DNA of 64,000 nucleotides from NCBI GenBank assembly GCA_963831585.1, contig CAWHRA010000039.1:831-64830 (forward strand), in the 5' to 3' direction. The notes under the pieces are model-generated. The model saw nothing but the letters and a program-made list of their open reading frames with translations, ran no database searches and was not told where the DNA came from. Of this stretch, positions 63,411 to 64,000 are shown in pieces (the first letter of the stretch is position 1; the number at the start of each line of letters is the position of its first letter). This DNA comes from an uncultured Alphaproteobacteria bacterium. Its GTDB lineage: Bacteria > Pseudomonadota > Alphaproteobacteria > Rhizobiales > Xanthobacteraceae. The translations under genes and the position numbers were made by a program.

Positions 63411-63866
63411 ATGGCCAATGAACGCATTCCGAACGATCCCTATCGCTCGCCCGACGATCTCTATCGCACCGAACGCGCCGACGACGAATTGCGCCGTGCG
63501 GCGCGTACCGACAACGAGTTGCAGATCGACCCCGAACTCGCGGAAGGTCCGGCCAGCAGCGGCAGGCTCGTGCTGTTCGCGGTCGCCATCGCCCTGGTGC
63601 TCGGCGCGGTGTTCTACGGTCTGAACAATTCGACCATCAACCAGGCCGGGACGTCGTCCACGTCTTCGACAGCACAGAACACGCCATCCTCCCCGCCCAC
63701 AGCCCCTCCGGGCATGCGCGATGTAACCCCGCACGCCAACACCGGCCCGGGCGTGACGACGGGCGCCGCTCCGGCGCGGCCGCAGACGCCGCCGTCTTCG
63801 GCGCCGACGGGCACGGACGTGAACCGGTCAGACAATCCGCCGACCACGGGCGCGCCCGCGAAGTAA
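63411..63866 (+). CDS. membrane-anchored Pro/Thr/Ser-rich hypothetical protein
   Basis: GGAGGA RBS. Central transmembrane segment LVLFAVAIALVLGAVFYGL and a low-complexity C-terminus. Confidence 0.5.
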   Translation: MANERIPNDPYRSPDDLYRTERADDELRRAARTDNELQIDPELAEGPASSGRLVLFAVAIALVLGAVFYGLNNSTINQAGTSSTSSTAQNTPSSPPTAPPGMRDVTPHANTGPGVTTGAAPARPQTPPSSAPTGTDVNRSDNPPTTGAPAK

Positions 63867-63894
63867 CGCTGGCAGCTTGAACGACGCCATGACG

Positions 63895-63927
63895 AAAGCA
63901 GCGGGCAGCTTGGCCCGCTGCTTTCTT
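63895..63927. terminator. bidirectional stem-loop terminator between convergent genes
   Basis: AAAGCAGCGGGC-agcttg-GCCCGCTGCTTT perfect 12-bp stem, with flanking A-run and T-run. Confidence 0.65.
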
Positions 63928-63930
63928 GGC

Positions 63931-64000
63931 TCAGCCGAACATCTTGTTCAACTCGGCGCCGGGATAGCCGCTGCCGAGCTCGCTGAACGTCCCTTTTTCC
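63931..64000 (-). CDS. 3' end of an unidentified gene (partial, continues beyond window)
   Basis: The open frame reads ...EKGTFSELGSGYPGAELNKMFG-stop on the minus strand. Too short to assign. Confidence 0.3.
   Translation of the reverse strand, partial: EKGTFSELGSGYPGAELNKMFG

Overview
High-GC alphaproteobacterial chromosomal DNA. The gene content and several intergenic palindromic repeat families look Bradyrhizobiaceae-like (Bradyrhizobium or Rhodopseudomonas type); that is recognition from memory, not a search result. About 65 protein genes are supportable, plus tRNA-Leu(GAG) and tRNA-Arg(UCG).

Recognisable housekeeping and metabolic genes:
- lipB, a PccA-type biotin carboxylase, acylphosphatase, 1-Cys peroxiredoxin and photolyase
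- Usp and cytochrome b561
- a PAS/HAMP histidine kinase, a Bug/TctC binding protein and two EamA transporters
- a co-directional block at 48.5-57.9 kb: fused 2-oxoacid:ferredoxin oxidoreductase, SCP-x-type thiolase, DUF35, MaoC hydratase, SDR, DHDPS-like and NUDIX

I found no transposase, integrase, phage gene, CRISPR array, rRNA or recognisable defence system.

What stands out:
1. Gene disruption is unusually frequent. An RND efflux operon carries at least 10 frame changes. Photolyase and the oxidoreductase each carry one frameshift. An APC permease has an in-frame TAA. A RidA-like remnant is also present.
2. A visibly A/T-richer variable region of about 14 kb lies downstream of tRNA-Arg (about 27.3-41.7 kb). 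It is packed with small secreted or membrane proteins, a Host-attachment/DUF3775 pair, an HdeD protein, and a signal-peptide protein with a PPPDE/DeSI-like His...Cys signature next to a PIGK-repeat mini-protein.
3. Three perfect GGAAC-N16/17-CGTT (EcfG-type general stress) promoter motifs sit directly upstream of small genes.
4. A MerR-type promoter with a 19-bp spacer is paired with a membrane protein carrying a CC motif.
5. A FixK/FNR box lies upstream of usp.
6. There are several families of structured intergenic repeats. One has two copies that differ by compensatory stem substitutions.
7. One outer-membrane protein is built from two tandem Omp25/RopB-like barrel modules.

No single feature can be called a new system with confidence. 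The best candidate is the stress-promoter-linked islet of small exported proteins around 31-40 kb.

Limits: all base-composition statements are by eye. Motif scans covered intergenic regions only.
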